Shown: positions 14,301-26,805 of the stretch, piece after piece
How positions within the stretch are numbered: position 1 is the first letter of the stretch
Layout: each line of letters opens with the position of its first letter
Notes under the pieces: model-generated
Seen by the model: only the letters and a program-made list of their open reading frames with translations
The model's database searches: none
What the model was told of the DNA's origin: nothing
Program-made: the position numbers and the translations under genes
Assembly: GCA_976226885.1 (NCBI GenBank)
Contig: OZ320318.1
Coordinates: 27,404,001 to 27,468,000, forward strand
Reading direction: 5' to 3'
Origin: Iphione sp. A-MEVVRFRX5
Taxonomy: Eukaryota
Length of the DNA stretch: 64,000 nt

Positions 14301-16578
14301 CCACAGGCCTAATCTGTATTCTTTATTTTGATAGATATATTGCTTGGATGTCTTCTCATGATTGGTAAAATAGAATGAAAATTAATTTGGCCCCAGTGTC
14401 ACAGGAGTGTAGGAAATACATGTATTTCTGTATCCTGGAATCCTTAACTGTAAATGGGAAAATATGTTTACTAGTGCATCTTGCTTTCCCAGTGTACATT
14501 GATTCAGAAAATATCAGAACCTCTAAAGTATAATCCTGTGCACCACATGCTTCTCATACCGACATGTGCCGTGCAGCTAATTAGATAAATTACTTTGGGT
14601 AACTGCACAACATTTTGCAATTTTATTTCATAAGCTCTGAGCAAGATTTGGAAGAAAAATGGTATTAAAAAATATTATGCAAGTTTTTCTGTTCAGTACA
14701 AATAGAGATTACAAACAAGAATGGAATTTCAAAAGCGGATATTTAAACGTTTTACATGCATCCTGTAAGGAGCACCACAAATGTAATGACTCGAAGTTAA
14801 CTCTTTCGTTGGTGTAAAATGCTTAGTAGTAGTCCAAGCTGTCAATTTTACCAAAAATCACTTGCTTCAAACCTAGTAAAAATCAATGAGCAACAAGGAT
14901 ATTCTCATTAATGTACATGTAATGCATCAGGTGCCTTACAATGGGATCTTAACGGGCTGCACAACACTTGGAAGATTAGTTGAAATAGAATTGAATTCAC
15001 CATACTTCTATAGTAAGAACAATTTTTTATACACAATGGAGTTGATACATGAACTTTCGTTTGACATTTTATTACGTCCAAACCCGTGATAGGTATCTTC
15101 TAACCTAGGTATCTTCTAACCCTCTAACCCTCACCAATCCATCAACTTTATACTTTCCAGACAAATTAAGGTGGAAGGGGGAAGTATTGGTGACCAGGCC
15201 AGTCAGGTGCCACTGCATATCCGAAATGGTTGACAATTCTATTTAAGGTGGGCTAAACAGTGCATGCCTGGTATGGATAAACATGATGGGAGACCCTCAT
15301 GTATGAACTTAAAGTCCTGATGGAGATCGAAATAAATAGGCTAAGCTAAGCATATTTGAAATTGACTTACATTATCGGCGGTCTCAATGTCAAGCGGGCC
15401 AAACATTGCATTTTTGATACAGATTGGACACCAAGAGAAGACTTAATGTAAGGATGTTAGAACGTCTGTAATTAACGTAAACCAACATGATGGAAGACCT
15501 TAATGTAAGAAAAAAAATTTTTTTTTAAGTACTTAATTATGACAATCATTATGGGTAAGACCTCACTGTACAAAGCTAAGTCATTCAACCTAACTAACAT
15601 GATTACCCCTTCAGGCATGAAGACATAAAACATGTATTTAATATGAACGAACAGGAAAGCGGACATTAGCGTGGGCGAAGTGGGTATGCTGAAAAGGCCA
15701 ATGGTGACGCGTAGAAGCCGACTTGGAGCTCTTACTTATGTAAGAGTGTCTATGTTGGAAGGACGAGAGATTTTCGGTAAAATGTTTACAAATCGATTCC
15801 TAGGTTTATAACCTTTCATCAAATCTGCATTTCACATCATGCATTAGACAACATCTCTATCGTAGGAATCGAATCATTGTGATTTTGAATTTAACTAGAA
15901 TATTTTTAATGTAAAGTTCTTTCTAGACTGGTTTGTGTGATCTTATAGTTTAATGTATCAATATTCAGGATTATTGATAAATGGAATTGCCCCTGATTGT
16001 TACTTGAAATAAATTTGGGGTACCCTGGGTGTCTTTGTGAATAGCGGATCTTATCTTTTACAGGTATACTCATCCAGACGTTACAGGACACCCTTGTTTC
16101 GCATCATGTGTAATAAATCTGACTGGCTTAAAACAATCCCTTGTATATTTTGAGCTGTAGGGTTATCATCCATGAGGATGTAGTGCGTCCAGACGTGCGG
16201 GTTACATATATATGAAATGTTGTATAATAAAAGTTTACTGGAGCAATTGACGAACTCTGTCGGTCAATTTCCCACATATATGGATCTATAAATGCTGCTT
16301 CTGTATTTGTAAAAACTATGTTTGCATGTATGTATGCATATTTGTCCTTATTTCTTTCACACCTTCAGTGTAAACCTTCATGAAAATTCCTTGTACTTTG
16401 CTGAATTTATACATATTTACAGAAGAATAAAGAGAGAGGGGAATAGAGAAAGAAAGAATGAAAGCACACATGGAAATATCCATTGCAGGACTGTAAGGTA
16501 GAACTGCCGAACTGACAGGCTTCCTGCACCTCCCTCCAGTTAGGCGGAATTGCCTTGGCGTGTTTTCACGGGCATGCT

Positions 16579-16900
16579 GATGTGTTTCCATGGTTAGAGT
16601 GTATCATCTACACTGTGTTTCCATGGGCGTGAAGCCGCCAAAGTTGGTTCAAAAACCACAAAACTGATGCATATTTGACAAAAAATGGTGGAAAATAGTG
16701 AAACTGGTGCAACTTTCGCCCTCAATACCAGAAAAGTGATGCAAATTTGGCTAAAAGATAGCAAAACTAATGAACAGATGTGTGGAATTGTGCAGAAATG
16801 TATTTTGTTATGAAACATAGCCAACATGCTTATTTCAATCTCACTTTTCCTACATTTCTTCAAAACCAAAAGTATGGCAATACAACCATGGAAACACATC
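16579..16900. mobile_element. MITE-like element with 17-bp TIRs
   Basis: gatgtgtttccatggtt ... aaccatggaaacacatc, with an internal extra gtgtttccatgg at ~16616; no clear TSD. Confidence 0.55.
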
Positions 16901-17417
16901 TATGTTTCGATGGACTAAGGAAACAATCTTGGTCTAATCCATAGATTTTAAAATATAATGGCAGCACGGCTGTGAAAACACGTGCCTGAGGAAATTAAGC
17001 TGTACGCATGAAAACTGAAGCACTGGGTTGGATTAAGATAATGCGGCGCCGGTAGCATATGTAATAAAATCACATACTAAATATTTTCTTAATTTAAAGT
17101 TTTCCTCTAAAAGTAATATTTTAATATCTTCCTGTAACTATAATTATTTCTTGAAATTTATGTGAATTTATGTACATTTTGTGTAAATTCTGTTCAAACA
17201 TCTGGACAGTTTGCTTGCAAGCAATTGGTGGGCCCTTGAAAATGCTAGACTTCCAGCCTCTGTTATATTTGCTACTAGGTTAATTGGTCACTGCATGCCT
17301 GCCCGAGACTAATTCTCCACCAATATATATATGTATACATGTGTACATTTATATCTTTGTCTGTGAGGTATAAACTTTGCTTTAGGATTGCAGTCCTCAA
17401 ATCTGAATTATTGAAAA

Positions 17418-17753
17418 CAGTGGTAGAGCACTAGTCCAATGATTGAGAGGTCCCAGGTTCAATCCCAGGCCTGGGACTCTTGAATATGACCAGACAGATT
17501 TACTGTAGCCCCAACCCAGAGTGGTCCACAACTCCTAAAAAGGACCTGGGTGTATATGATTCTGTCCTCTATGTACAAAAAGACCCCAGTAACCTATTCA
17601 AAATATGAGTAGGGGACAACCCCGCATATTCTAGTTTCTCAGTTCTCAATAACAGATGGTAGTATGCTATCCCAGAAGCATATGGAAGAACCCTGTCATG
17701 ATGATAGGTGAATATATTCCTGGTTAAAGATACAATTAAGTGAGAATGAAAAC
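17418..17753 (+). mobile_element. tRNA-derived SINE, 5'-truncated copy
   Basis: Partial A box (cagtggtagagc) and B box (ggttcaatccc); aligns along its length with the reverse complement of 57917-58263. Confidence 0.85.
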
Positions 17754-18534
17754 AGACCCCAGCATATTTTGAACTATGGACTTATTCCCTATCTAAACAT
17801 ATATATACATATCTATGAGGTATGAAAAGTTTGGCAACAACCCATTTATGTTGCTCGTGTGTATCTTTGCCTGCATCCCCTTCGGCGCATCGGCGAATTG
17901 TATTTATTGCTGTTTCTGGTCAAAGATTTCTGTTTGACTGTTGAAGGTTTACTTCATTTATACGTCAATTCACCTCTACATAGGTGACTCCCAAACCTTC
18001 CTCTCGGAGGTTTATCACAAAAATCTTTAGACTTAGAGGCTAAAAACCTGTATTTTGTCAAGTAATGACACGCCATATAAATTGTCCCACCGACGCCTCA
18101 GTCGCTGCATGGTGGTGACTGCCTCTATCTGCGGCACATTCACCAGTCTTTCTTCGCTGGGTGGGATTGCATGGTGGGGCTTCTCAGTTTGCAGCGTCAA
18201 GGACGTGTTGGCAGATTTGTTGGCAATAATTAGCTTCGTTAACTCCGTGACAAGAAAAGTGTTTCTTTTCCTGGACTAGTTTGCTTGAATATTCTCGTCG
18301 GTTGCTCCTTACAGTCCTTATCTGCTGCGTGTTCGCTAAGAAAATCCTCATTATGAGAGATGTCATGCTAGGAATTCAGCTTTCTTTTCCTTACTCAGAA
18401 CCTTCCTATCTTCCTCCTAAATCTTATCAACACTTAACAAGGTGAGTGGGTGTCATTTAAAAATTTGGCAGGCATTAGGAGAGTTTAAAAAATACTTTCT
18501 TAGTATAATTGGGAGAAAAGGGGAGTTGATTTAC

Positions 18535-18919
18535 CTGGACGACAGGTGCCAACGGGGTGCTTATTGGTGGCGGCCAGCTCGGGGGCCACCTGCGGGTCGC
18601 AGTAGAGGCCGAGATCGCACCGGCCCAGGTAGCGGTAGGCACCGCCGCAGGCCTGGCCCTCTGTCTTTGCACACACGGGGCAGCAGTCGCAGATGCCGCG
18701 CGTCACGCCACCCTTACAGTGGAGGTGGCGCGCGCGCCGCGGCGTGCAGTGGATCTTCTCGCAGGAGGGGCATTGCAACTCCAGCGATTTGCCAACCGCC
18801 CCCGGCGCGTCGGAGGCCTCCGCCAGAGGCGCAACTGTCGACGAGCTGATGAATGAGGCGGGGAAGTGCGGGCTGATGAGGACCGCGAATGTGCAGATGA
18901 TGAAAGTTATTTGCAACAT
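18535..18919 (-). CDS. Secreted IGFBP N-terminal-domain protein (CRIM1/IGFBP-rP-like), first coding exon; downstream exons not resolved
   Basis: ATG at 18919 begins a hydrophobic signal-like segment (MLQITFIICTFAVLIS), followed by the IGFBP cysteine pattern CPSCEKIHC...CKGGVTRGICDCCPVCAKTEGQACGG...GRCDLGLYC...GTCRP. The exon ends at a phase-1 donor, ccag|gtaaat (intron starts 18534). Confidence 0.85.
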
Positions 18920-19333
18920 GACAGAGGCCGCGCCACCCACAGGTGGAATGGATAGTCCGACGACCGGCGGCGGCTTGGAAGTCTCGCACCGGGATTTCCC
19001 CGACCCCCGAACTTTCAGGAGGAGACTTAAAACAAGTGCGTAAAATGCGCGTGTCCTAAACCTCAAAATGATGGTTGGGCCATGGGGTTTTTAAGTCCGA
19101 GATAAGCTGAACCCCCGTTTCAGTTTGGTAGAGTCGTCGAACTCTCGTGTTTGAAGTTGACGCCCTTTTCATTGAAGTTCTTTGTCATCTATACAGATCT
19201 CTTTAAAGAAAACGATTTTCTGACGAAAAGTAGCCCCCGTTCAGTGAAATGATGAATCTGAAATAACGAATCTGACGCAAACGTGCTGTGTCGGGGGCGG
19301 AGGTTACTCAATGCCGAAATTCCTACTTCTCAC

Positions 19334-19850
19334 CTTCTCCGTAATTCGGATGAATCCGTCCAACTTTAGAAGGGGGGACGGAGCCTTTTACTGGAGAGGA
19401 GTGAAAGAAGACTTCTGACGAGCGGTGCGGGCAGCTTGACGAGCACGTTGGTGTTGTAGTGATCGGAAGGCCTTGGTGGAGGGGGTCACAAGGCGGTGAG
19501 CGGCGGCCGTGCCTCCCCGTCTAGGTCAACCACTAACCCCGCGCGGCCACCAGCGGCGCCCGGCGGTGGGGGTCCGTAGAGCGGCGGTAGGGGCAGCAGC
19601 AGCAGCGGCGGCGGCGGTGGCGGCGGCGGCGGTGGCGGTGGAAGAAGAGGAGGTGGCGGCGCTAGGGGATCAGGCAGGTAAACTGCCGCCAGACGGTGAT
19701 CGCATCACGTGCCATTCATACCACACTTTTCGCCAACGTATATGATCGATCGCCATGACCTCTCCTGACTTTTCCTTCCCACCACTACCACCAGCAGCAG
19801 CACCACCACTACTACCATCCAACGCCTCGTTTCGTAGCCTCTAAGACAAA
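19334..19850 (-). promoter_or_regulatory. GC-rich 5' leader / probable non-coding first exon of the IGFBP-domain gene, with triplet repeats and uORFs
   Basis: CpG-rich with (GCC)n/(GCT)n/(GTG)n runs; minus-strand donor ggagaag|gtgaga at 19334/19333; candidate acceptor tttag|gac at 19055, upstream of the ATG. Confidence 0.45.
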
Positions 19851-21509
19851 TGCTCGCGCGTTGAAATATGTTTTTATGCTTGAAACGCTACCGGTTCATC
19901 GAATCACTCGGCAGTCTGCCTTGTCCTACTCACATAGTTTTTCGGTTATCCATTGGTTGATGCACAGGCCTACTGCCCTTTACACATCGCACTCAATAGT
20001 CCTACACACAGCAGATATCCGAACACACGCCATCCATCCTCCTTTCAAGGCTCATAAGAATATCAATTTAGCATGTAGTCAACAAGTGTTCTATTTCCCA
20101 TATTGTCTTCACAGTCCTTGACGGCTGAAATCAGCACGTTGATCTGACAAGTGTTACTTGTGGTAAGTTTTGGTATGTACTCCAGCCAGCTTGCTCACTG
20201 CTTGCTCCCTGGGGAGTGTCTCTGACGTTAAGGTCAGATTGTTAGGAGATTGAAGGGAGTTATATAGTACTAAGTACTTTGTCGGTGTCTTCCAAGTTAC
20301 AGTTTACACACGTAATTTTCCGCTTCCACTGATGATTCCGTCGGGTCGTTTGCGTGAGGTGTTCATCCCCAAAACAGTGGATTTTTGCCGCGTATGAAAA
20401 TTAATGACTGCTCATCTGTGTATAATTATGGAGTACTCTGTGCTCCTCCCGCCACCAAACCAATTTCTTAAGAAAAAAAATCAACATTTAGGTCAGTTGA
20501 TCTCATTTCTTCGAGAGTCCATGCATAAAAATTCTACGTATACCTGTTATTAGAAACTTATTTTAATTACTTCAAACTGCTACTTCTAAAACTTCATAAA
20601 GGGATCTTCAGATGATTAGGGGCAAAACGGAGAGAATTATTAGAAGCAAATGTGGCACTTTGTAATTGATACTGCTGACCGATCTTAGAAACCAACATGA
20701 AACACCATGTCGGTTCGTTGGTGGGCTCTGGCACCGTTCAAAAACAGGCCGTCTGTTCTTCTGTATTAATGATGACACGTGCCATTGATTCCTGCTATTT
20801 ACATGCACTGTCAGACAGTTGAGTTCACTTACTACATAATTTACGAATTCAAGAGGAAGTAGAGCCAGAATACATCCTTGTGACTAATACAATGAAAATA
20901 GTATTTCTTGTCGTCCGATTTATTATACGCTTCCCCTCAATATATGCATACTAACTTGAAACCTGAAAAGGTACAATATATAAAAGGACGTTCCTGAAAT
21001 AGAAGAAGGAACTGTCAACACAATATTGATCGAGATGGCTCTGCCACTCCGCTTGACAAAGTATGGCTCCATATTGCTCAACAGTGAACATGCTTTTGAA
21101 TGTAAAGGGCTCATTAGCTTTACTAAGTGGATCATCAATGTTGCACTTGGTTGGAGATAGCCGATCAGTCGGCAGGAAGTTTTAAAGCTGACATTCAAGT
21201 AGCCGTACTGTCCGCAGTCCGTGTGCACGTAAGTCCGCATCCGCATGTCTCTGTGCAAGTAAAACTTTGTGACCGGCTGTTTTTCAGTGCATATTTATGT
21301 GATGTGCAAATCTGTACATGTGTGGGGGTGAGAATACCACTTGAAGTTTCCCATACCATGTGTAGGAAATCAACATGTATGAATGTGAAGCATTGGGAAA
21401 AGGACATTCACATTGTATGGTATCAGACCATACTGGTGTCCATCTCCACAGTTAATTCATTGTAGCTATTGTGGCCTGTCGCACGTAAATTGTTTTATGG
21501 TCTCTATAT

Positions 21510-21722
21510 TGTAGCAACGGGGGGGAAAGCGGAGGGCCATTACGCGGAGGAGCGGAGGGTGCGGAGGGAATACTGCGGAGGGTTATCATTTACTGCGGAG
21601 GGTTTACATTTACTATATAAATGCGTTGTTTGTTGGATTCGTGGTCAGTTGTGTCGAAGCTCTTCAGCAATAAACATCATCTTCCTCAACTTATGTCGTC
21701 TTCATTATGGCGGAGGCCAACA
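21510..21722 (+). repeat. 5' LTR (213 bp, TG...CA)
   Basis: Matches 29399-29620 with 3 substitutions and one 9-bp indel by eye. Contains TATATAAA (21614), Inr-like TCAGTT (21645), AATAAA (21669) and seven GCGGAG. Confidence 0.97.
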
Positions 21723-21723
21723 T

Positions 21724-21741
21724 TGGTGTCAGAAGTGGGAT
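21724..21741 (+). other. Primer-binding site, tRNA-Leu(CAA)-type
   Basis: tggtgtcagaagtgggat lies 1 nt after the LTR and is complementary to the 3' end ...AUCCCACUUCUGACACCA that I recall for metazoan tRNA-Leu(CAA). Confidence 0.85.
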
Positions 21742-21866
21742 GCGGAGGGGAACCTCGGGGCCGACGAATCGAGGCCCTGAGAGGGAGCAAACACCCCCTC
21801 CACAGAAAGCAGCCACGGCAGCCAGGACGCGGAGGGTTACCCGCAGGGCAACTGCGGAGGACGCCG

Positions 21867-22946
21867 ATGGGGGAGAAGCAGCACAACTGCCCACTGGGAG
21901 GCCGCGCCCAGTACGCACCCCTTCGAGGTTATGGGGAGGGGGCGAAGGTACAGAGGGGGAATCGGCTTCCCCCCCAAGGAGCGGTGAAGACGGCTCGGCA
22001 GGGGCCCACCCTGCGGAGGACCCCGGGGCGGCGGGGGCCCCTGGCACGGGGGGGGGGACAGCCAGCCGGAGGAGAGGAGGAACTCCCCAATGTGGAAGAC
22101 CCTCACCAGGAGTCAGAAGAGGAGGAGGAGGAGGAAGAGGAACCAGAGGAGGACTCGGATAAGCGGCCCCGGAAAGGTAGAGCCAAGCCCGAACCATACG
22201 ATGGCTCGACGGACCTTGACGATTACCTTCACCACTTCGGCCTCATCGCTGCCGCCAATCGATGGACAACCAAGGAGAAGGCCATTCATCTCGGAATCAG
22301 TCTCCGTGGTCCGGCAAGGACCACCATGCGGAATTCCGTCGTGCGGGTCCACGGCCCGCGGGCCTATCAGAAGTTGGTGGAGGCCCTCCGCAGTCGCTTC
22401 AGGTCGCCAGATCAGGTGGACCTATTTAAACAGCAGTTAAAGACCCACAAGCAAGGCGAGGCCGACTTATCCCAACTGGCTGACGAAGTGGAGAACCTGG
22501 TGAAATGAGCGTACCCTGGGGTACGAGGGCGGTGGGCGGATGAGCTCTGCCGGGATAGCTTCATCCAGGCGATTGTGGATGAGAAGGTGAGGAAGTGGGT
22601 GGTGCAGCGGAGGGTGGCCAACTTCCGCGCGGCGGTATCGGAGGCCCTCTTCGGGGAGGCCTATTTCCAAGGCCGGAGGGAAAGGGAACCAACAGGGAAA
22701 GCCTATGGTGGAAGGGCTGGCTGCCACTCGCTGTCGACGGTGGAGGGTGACGCCCGGGCCAAACGAGAGGACGACTTCCTGGACCGACTCGCTAAGAAGC
22801 TGGACCAGCTAGAGAGGCGATTGGAACAAAGTCCGACAACGGGCAGTCGAACCGGGTGCTTCCGCTGTGGGAAGGAGGGGCATTTCAAACGGGACTGCCC
22901 TTCCCGGCCGAAGCCGGCGGAAAACGACATGCCGCCCTCCCAGTAA
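21867..22946 (+). pseudogene. gag: gag (one premature TGA at 22506)
   Basis: KPEPYDGSTDLDDYLHHF capsid-like region and CFRCGKEGHFKRDC CCHC knuckle, in one frame across the TGA. The start codon (21867) is uncertain. Confidence 0.9.
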
Positions 22947-25900
22947 GGGGACAGGGAGAGGCGGCGGAGGAGTCCATCCCCAAGGAGCAGCTCAATGACT
23001 GGCTCTAGAAGAGGGCGGCCATGCCGCCGACAGAGGAAGGAGAGGCCTTCACCATCCTAAGGGGGCGGGCGGATCCTATGACGGGGGCACTAGGGCTACG
23101 AGGGAAGGTCGGAGGCCACGAAATGACCTGGCTGGTGGACACTGGGGCCTCTACCACCATCCTCGCGGTGCGAATGGCGGAGGCTCTCCGCCTGCCTGTC
23201 ACGGTCCTACCAGGGCGACGCATCATTGCCGCCAACGGGGCGCCCTTCCCCTGTGTGGGGAGAACTGAGGTAACGGTGGTCTTCAGGGAGACACCCTGGA
23301 CGATGGAAGCCCTGGTTGCAGAGGTGGAGCAAGCTGCCATCCTGGGGATGGACGCCCTCCACCGGAGGAGGGCTGTAGTGGACACAGCCGCCGGGACAAT
23401 CACCATCAGGAAGAACAGAGCGTGACCAGAACGAGTACAGCTAGCACAGGACACCTGTTTGAAAGCCCGGGCCGAGACCCTCATCTCGGTAACCATCGGT
23501 CAGGCCAAAGGGGGCGAGTGGGTTGTAGGACTGGTCCCCGCGCTGGAACATCGAGCGGGGGTGCGGGTGCCACATGCGGTGGCTAACGTGGACAATGGGC
23601 AGGCGCAACTCCTCTGTCTGAATGTGGCAGAGGGGGAGGTCTGGCTGTGGAGGGGGATGCAGGTGGCAGAGGCGGAGGAGGTCGAGGAGGAGCTGCGGAG
23701 GGAAGACGACCAAGGCAGCCCTAGGGCGCAAGGTGAGGTGCCCGCTCAGGAGGAGGGTGAGGCAGAGGAGTCCCTCTACACACGGCTAATCGAGGAGCTG
23801 ATGTCCGAGCTGCCCTCGGGAAGTACGGTGGAAGAGCGGGAGCAGTTGAGGAAGGTGCTTTGGACCCACCGCCGCGCCTTCCAGAGGGAGGGCACCGATC
23901 TAGGGTGCACCAATCTCGTGGAGCACGAAATCCATACAGAGGAGGCTGCCCCGGTACGACAGAGGTTTTGACGTCTTCCACCCCATAAAATGCGCATCGC
24001 GGAGGCTGAAATCCAGAAGATGGTACGACAAGGGGTGTTGGAACCCTCCAGCAGCCCGTGGGCCTCACCAGTGGTACTGGTCAAGAAGCGCAGTGGGGAG
24101 TGGAGATTCTGTATAGACTTCCGGCAGCTCAACGAGCGAACGCGCAAGGATGCTTACCCCCCACCCCGCGTGGATGATACTCTGGATGCGCTGGCCGGAG
24201 CCAGGTATTTCACGGTGATTGACCTGGCATCTGGGTATTGGCAAGTAGCGGTCCGGTCGGAGGACCGCCCGAAGACGGCCGTTTGCACCCCATCTGGGCT
24301 CTATCAATTCCGGGTCATGCCCTTCGGACTCTGTAACGCCCCCTCCACGTTCGAGCGATTGATGGATGTCATCCTTCGCGGTCTGGTCGGGGACTCCTGC
24401 CTTGTGTACTTGGACAATGTCATCATCATGGCCAAGACGGTGGGGGAGATGTGTGACCGCTTGGCGGAGGTGCTCCAACGGCTGGAGGCCGCCAGCCTCA
24501 AAGTGAAGCCTAGCAAGTGCCAGCTCCTCCGAGAACAGGTACAGTACCTTGGTCATATTGTCAGTGCGGGCGGGGTCCGTCCTGACCCGGAGAAGGTCCA
24601 AGCCGTAGCGGAGTGGCCAGTCCCGGGGACCTTGGCTGGTCTCCGCGCCTTCCTGGGCTTAGCCTCTTATTACCGCTCATTTATCCAAGACTTTGCGCGG
24701 CGAGCTGCCCCCCTCCATCGGCTGTTAGACAAGGAAGCGGAGTTCCAGTGGGGAAGTGAAGAGGAAGCCGCCTTTGAAGATCTTAAGCAGTGTCTAACTT
24801 CCGCACCCATCCTCGGATACCCCCAGCTGGAGGGGCGCCTGATTGTGGACACTGACACCTCTGGCAAAGGAGTGGGTGCCGTGCTCTCCCAGGAGCAGGA
24901 TGGCCGGGAGAGAGTGTTGATGTACGGTAGTCGAACCCTCACCAAGCCCGAGCGACGCTATTGCGTAACTCGGAAGGAGCTGCTAGCCGTGATCTTCGCC
25001 CTCCGGAAATTCAAGACCTATGTCAGCGGAAGGAAGGTCGTGGTCCGCACAGACCATGGAAGCCTCCGGTGGCTCATGAACTTCAAAGAGCCAGAGGGCC
25101 AAATGGCACGCTGGCTGGAGGAGTTGGCCTGTCGAGAGGTGGAAGTGATACATCGACCGGGGAGGGTGCACAACAACGCCGACGGGTTGTCGAGACGGCC
25201 ATGTCGACAGTGTAGCCGACGAGAGCCCGAGGAGACGGCCGCCGTTCTGACTGCGGAAGTGATGGCGGAGGCCCCTTCATCCTCCGCCATGGCTAGAGCC
25301 ACCCTAGCAGACCCGATCAGGGGCGAGTTACTGGGACGGCTGGAGCGGGGGGAAAGCCCCCCCGAGGTCAAGACCGAGACCAGCTGGGAAGAACGACGGC
25401 TGGTAGGGGAGTGGAAACAGCTACAGGTTCGCAGAGGACTGATCGTGCGGAGGTGGGAACATGAAGACGGGAGGGCCTGGTGGCAGGCCTGGGTTCCCCC
25501 CCCTCTACGGAAGGAGTGCTGGACGATGATTCACCAGGGAGCCATGGGAGGCCACCTTGGCCCTCAGAAGATGGCTGGCCTCCTCCGGGGGAAGTATTTC
25601 TGGCTGGGAATGACTTGGGACTCGATTGTGTGGGGGGCTGCCTGCCCTCATTGTCTGGAGGCTAAGGAGCCCAGCCGGAGGAGATGAACTCTGTTGCAGC
25701 ATCGCCAGAGCCCGGGACCTTGGGAGTTAGTAGCCGTGGACATCGCCGGACCATTCCCGCGGACACCCCGGGGCAACAAGTACATCCTGGTGATAGGGGA
25801 TCATTTTAGTAAATGGGCGGAGGCCTTCCCGCTCAAGGAACAAACCGCGGAGGCTACTGCGGAGGTGTTGATGAAGGAGGTGATATGTCGGTTTGGGCCT

Positions 25901-26679
25901 CCCAACAGCGACCAAGGCCGGAATTTTGAGGCGGAACTAGTGGCCCAACTGCTCAGTAGTTGCGGAATTCAGAAGACAAGGACCACCCCCTACCATCCCC
26001 AAGCCGATGGAGTAGTGGAGAGGTTCAATCGAACACTAGAGCATATGCTCACAACGACCGTCCAGGAAGATCAACGTGACTGGGATCTTCGGCTGCCATT
26101 TGTAACCGCTGCGTACCGGGCAACCCCCCACCGAACTACCCGATTCTCCCCAAACTTCCTCATTTTGAATCGGGAGACTACACTCCCCGTCGAAGCAGCT
26201 TATGGGGGCCCCCACCGGAGGAAGGAGCAGAGGTTGGTCCTTACGTCCAGGAGCAGATGGAACGGATGAAACAAGCCCATCGACTGGCAAACCAGCGTTT
26301 GGGGGAGGGAATCCAGCGCCAGACCGACTGGTACAACCATCGAGTGCAGCCTCGAAACTTCGCGGTAGGAGAGGAGGTGTACCTCTTCCTGCCGTTGAAA
26401 AAGCCGGGGCTATCTCCTAAATTACAGCGCTACTGGCAAGGCAAATGGCGGGTCAGCAAGCAGCTTTCGGCCGCCGTCTATCGCATCAAGAAGGGACGGC
26501 GAGAAAGAGTGGTACACGCCGACCTCCTGAAACCAGGAGCCCCGGGGGAAGATAGCGATGTCGTGGCCACCCTCCGCATAGAGAAGAGCGGAGGGAGGAC
26601 CGAGGAAAAGGCGGAGGTCCTCCGCAAACCCAGAGCCGTTGGAGTTCAAAACGAAGTGGCCAATCAGAAGGGCGGATGA
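22922..26679 (+). pseudogene. pol: pol (protease, RT, RNase H, integrase), -1 frame relative to gag, disrupted
   Basis: LVDTGAS protease; RT motifs SPWASPVVLV, MPFGLCNAP and YLDN (normally YLDD); RNase H DTDTSGKGVGAVL and NNADGLSR; integrase HHCC plus D..D..E core. Stops at 23006, 23423, 23969 and 25685, a frameshift near 26220-26260, and a short in-frame deletion at FGPPNSDQG. Confidence 0.96.
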
Positions 26680-26805
26680 GAAACGCGGAGGGGGCCGCGG
26701 TGCGGAGGGAAGCAGCCAGCCAATGAAAATTGAGTGGAGGATGCCGAGGCGCCAGATTCGAATATAAGTGACGCTCGCCCCAGGGGATGCTCATCATTCG
26801 ACACC
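26655..26805 (+). promoter_or_regulatory. Putative internal promoter for the accessory ORF
   Basis: CCAAT at 26660 and 26721, GC box gggcgg at 26670, GCGGAG at 26685 and 26702, TATAAG at 26763, and TCATTC Inr-like motif at 26794, followed by ATG at 26806. Confidence 0.55.

Noticed and set aside
18055-18366. Short ORFs immediately downstream of the IGFBP exon as exon 2
   Set aside because: A phase-compatible acceptor exists (ttttcttag at ~18336) but yields an unrecognisable 50-aa tail; overlapping frames on both strands give no clear signal.
18920-19066. Track's extended N-terminus (MRFRTRAF...) of the IGFBP ORF
   Set aside because: It starts at TTG and probably straddles an acceptor near 19055. 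ATG 18919 gives a proper signal-like peptide.
26257-26679. Chromodomain at the integrase C-terminus
   Set aside because: The tail has a GPY/F-like region (KLQRYWQGKWRV) but no aromatic-cage chromodomain pattern.
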